Shown here piece after piece: positions 60,594 to 64,000 of a DNA stretch of 64,000 nucleotides. The stretch is from Octopus sinensis (lineage: Eukaryota), in contig NC_043015.1 of assembly GCF_006345805.1 (NCBI RefSeq), positions 40,114,001 through 40,178,000 on the forward strand. The letters are read 5' to 3'. The notes under the pieces are model-generated. The model saw only the letters and a list, made by a program, of their open reading frames with translations. It was not told the DNA's origin and did not search any database. A program made the translations under genes and the position numbers. Numbering within the stretch: position 1 is the stretch's first letter; each line of letters opens with the position of its first letter.

Positions 60594-61515
60594 GCCTTTC
60601 TCTCGCTCTCTCTTCCTTTCTCTCTCTTTATCTCTCTCTCTTTCTTTCTTCTTTCTCTCTCTTCTTCTCTCTCTCTTTCTTTCTTCTCTCTCTCTCTTTC
60701 TTTCTTCTCTCTCTCTCTCTCTCTGTCTCTCTCTTTCTCTTTTCTCTTTCTCTCTCTCTCTCTCTCATAATGTTTCCCTTTTCTTCACCTTCACTATGGA
60801 AGAATCCAAAGTATCAAATGAACATCTGTTAAATACACACACATACGCACACACACACACACTCATGCATGTTCACACACCACACACACACAGTCGCACA
60901 TGCACGCACACAGATATACACATACACACAAAAACACACTCACACAAACGGACAGACACGCACAGATACGCACACACTCACATGCACATACATACACACA
61001 AACACTTCCCCACACAAATGCTCACACAGACGCACACACATGCACAAACATAGGTACACATACATGCACACACATACATGAGTGCACATGCATGCACACA
61101 CACACACATACATGCATGCACATACACGAGTGCACATGCATACGCACACATGCACTCACACACATGGGAACACACGTGCACACATACATGCACACACACA
61201 TGGGCACATACATGCACACACACACACATGTGGGCACACACATGCACACACGGTTACACACATGCACACATACATGCATACACACATGCATACACACACA
61301 TGCATACACACATGCATACACACACATTCACACACATATGGTCACACATGCATACACACATGCACACATACACATGGGCACACACACACACACGCACACA
61401 CACATGCACACATACATGCACCCACACACAAACACACATACACACATACACACACACATGGGCACACACATGCACAGACACACATGCACCCACACACACA
61501 CACACACACACAGAA
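60470..61515. repeat. (CT)n tract 60470-60767 and degenerate (CA/CATG)n tract 60833-61515
   Basis: Directly visible. Confidence 0.95.
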
Positions 61516-62048
61516 TGAACTGTAATATTTTTTTGCATTAATCTCTCCGTCCCGCTTCTCCTGCCCATTATTGGCGCAAGATGGAGAGCAAGTTCTAAGA
61601 TTAATGTCAGACAAAATTCCCAGCAGATTCCCAGTTTCTCTACATATACAGTTTCTCCAATGCTTGATATACAGCCTGACCAATTCCATTCTCTCTGTAA
61701 TTACATTTACTCTAAGAATTTGTTGTGACATCTCTGTTGGTGTTTGGAATAACATCTTGAGAAATATCCAATTCCTTCTTCGGCTCTTTTAGTCTTGTTT
61801 GTATTTCCTTTAAATTCTTTCCTTCTTCACATTGAAAATAATCATTTCAGAATGCTATTTACCAAACTGTGCCAATTTCCTTGTCTTAGAAAACCAGGAA
61901 CAATACTTGTATTTCCACTCAGTGCTTCAAATAAAACAGAACAATTATTACTATTACTACTATCATTACTATTATTATTACTATACTACTACTATTACTA
62001 TTACTATTATTATTACTATTACTATTATTATTACTATTATTATTGTTA

Positions 62049-62080
<32 letters not shown>

Positions 62081-62084
62081 TTAA

Positions 62085-62540
62085 GGGGGTGAGCTGGCAT
62101 AAGTGTTAGCACTCTGGGTGAAATGCTTAGTGGTATTTTGCCTGTCACTACGTTCTGAATTCAAATTCCGCCGAGATCAACTTTGCCTTTCATCCTTTCG
62201 GGGCCGTACCAGTTATGCTCTGGGGTTGATGCAATCGACTAGTCCCCTCCCTGCACATTTCAGGCCTTGTGCCTATAGTATAGAGGATTATTATTATTAT
62301 TATTATTATTATAGCAACGAGCTGGTAGAATCGTTAGCATGCTGGGCAAAGTGCTTCATGGTATTTCGTCTGTCTTTGTGTCTTAAATTCAAATCCTGCT
62401 GAGGTTGACTTTGGCTCCATTTTTTTTTTTTTTCAGGGTCAGTAAAATAAGTACCAGTCAAGCACTGGGGTCAATGTAATCAGCAAGCTCCTTTCTTCCA
62501 AATTTCAGGCCTTTTGCCTATCATAGTAGGGATTGTGATT
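62085..62540 (+). mobile_element. two head-to-tail SINE family A copies separated by (ATT)n
   Basis: Heads at 62085 and 62314; both have tail B. Confidence 0.85.
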
Positions 62541-63531
62541 ATCATTAAACAACCAAGCAGGAATCTAGCCAAATTACTGATCCCCCAACATTTTTTTTTA
62601 ATTGTGATGAATTTCTGGGTCTCTTCTGGATTGCAAACTATCTCATCGAATCACAGAAACTGACCATAAAATACTTGACAATATTCTCATCTTTAAAGGT
62701 TTCTTGGTTCTTCAAACCCAAGATAACATTATGCCCTTCAAAGAAATTAACATTAAGTACTGGGATGTAAAGTACTAGAATAAATACTACAAGGTATTTT
62801 GTCTGGTACTCTACCATTATGGAAGTCCATCACTGTACTTGGCTGGTACTTTATTTTACTAACTTTGCAGGAACAAAAGGCAAATGCCCCCAGAAGGACT
62901 AGAACCCAGAACATGAGGAGCCAAAGCAAATAGTTGTTTCTAGTTTAGGTACAAAGTCAGCAATTTTGAGGGGAGGATGTTGGTTGATTACATCATCCCA
63001 AGTACTTGAGTGGTACTTTATTTTATTGACTTAAGAAGTATGAAAGGCAAAAGTGGACTTCAGTGGGATTTGAACTCAGAACCCAAAGAGCAAGAATAAA
63101 CACTGTTAAATATTTTCCCAACACTCTAATGACTCTGTAGCAGATAGCTACCAACTTTCTAAGCTAGGATTCATAACTGAATCCTCATTTTCCCTCAAGT
63201 CCTTGGCCTATTGTTCTCACTTGTTGCACCAAGAGATTTGTTTACCAAAACCACTCAAAATAGTTGTCATCTCAATTACAATGATTTTATGATCGTATCA
63301 ATAAATGGCCAACTGAATAACCAATAAATATTGTCCTTCACTCATTTATGCAATGCATATTATTGCTGTACACGATGATTACACTTGGTGACTCCATCAT
63401 CATAACTCTGTTCATCCGTTCAACTTAAGCATCAATAAACAAAGCCATTTGCCTGGTATTCTGCTTATTTCCACCAACTTTGTTCTTTTGTAAATTCTCC
63501 AATATTCACCAAAACTTTGATATTTCTAAGG

Positions 63532-63920
63532 TGGAGGCGCAATGGCCCAGTGGTTAGGGCAGCGGACACGCAGTCGTAGGATCGCGGTTTCGATTCCCAG
63601 ACCGGACGTTGTGAGTGTTTATTGAGCGAAAACACCTGAAAGCTCCACGAGGCTCCGGCAGGGGATGGTGGTGATCCCTGCTGTACTCTTTCACTACAAC
63701 TTTCTCTCACTCTTTCTTCCTGTTTCTGTTGTACCTGTATTTCAAAGGGCCGGCCTTGTCACTCTCTGTGTCACGCTGAATATCCCCGAGAACTACGTTA
63801 AGGGTACACGTGTCTGTGGAGTGCTCAGCCACTTACACGTTAATTTCACGAGCAGGCTGTTCCGTTGATTCGGATCAACCGGAACCCTCGTCGTCGTAAC
63901 CGACGGAGTGCTTCCATCCA
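63532..63920 (+). mobile_element. SINE family E, tail X, full length, perfect 13-bp TSD
   Basis: TSD GATATTTCTAAGG at 63519-63531 and 63921-63933; CpGs intact. Confidence 0.92.
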
Positions 63921-64000
63921 GATATTTCTAAGGGGTAAAACGAAAATATGACATTCATACTTTACCTAAAATTACTAAAATTTTCTGCTTAGCTGGGGCC

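Noticed and set aside
63532-63605. tRNA genes at SINE heads (also at 7317, 45074, 55528 and others)
   Set aside because: A and B boxes are present, but the heads run into SINE bodies and tails with TSDs and lack a convincing full cloverleaf; they are tRNA-derived, not tRNA genes.

Overview
Repeat-saturated eukaryotic genomic DNA; nothing prokaryotic (no CRISPR array, operon, rRNA or genuine tRNA gene). From the SINE repertoire and extreme microsatellite density I infer a coleoid cephalopod (Octopus-like) genome; this is recognition from memory, not a database match. Almost every ORF in the supplied track is a translation of (CA)n/(TA)n/(CAT)n/(CT)n tracts and is not a gene. Supported content: five tRNA-derived or SINE-like families in dozens of copies; decayed DNA transposons (a Chapaev/CMC-type internal-deletion copy, a DD37D maT-type Tc1/mariner, and pogo/Tigger-, mariner-, hAT- and 8-bp-TSD MITEs); three non-autonomous Helitrons and one Helentron/HINE-like element; RTE, RTEX-like and R4/Dong-like LINE remnants; several minisatellites and long inverted repeats; one 100-N scaffold gap; and one good candidate internal coding exon of an unidentified host gene (56064-56159, +). 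The most interesting observations are: (i) a sharp CpG-rich to CpG-depleted transition near 34.5-36.3 kb, suggesting the edge of a germline-methylated gene body; (ii) SINE multimers that look like insertion into the family's own head; (iii) a 541-bp foldback element with one-sided tandem amplification; (iv) a CpG-decayed minimal hammerhead ribozyme; (v) a 117-nt pre-miRNA-like hairpin. I found no clear-cut novel multi-gene system. Repeat boundaries are by eye (about +/-10 bp) unless defined by TSDs or TIRs.
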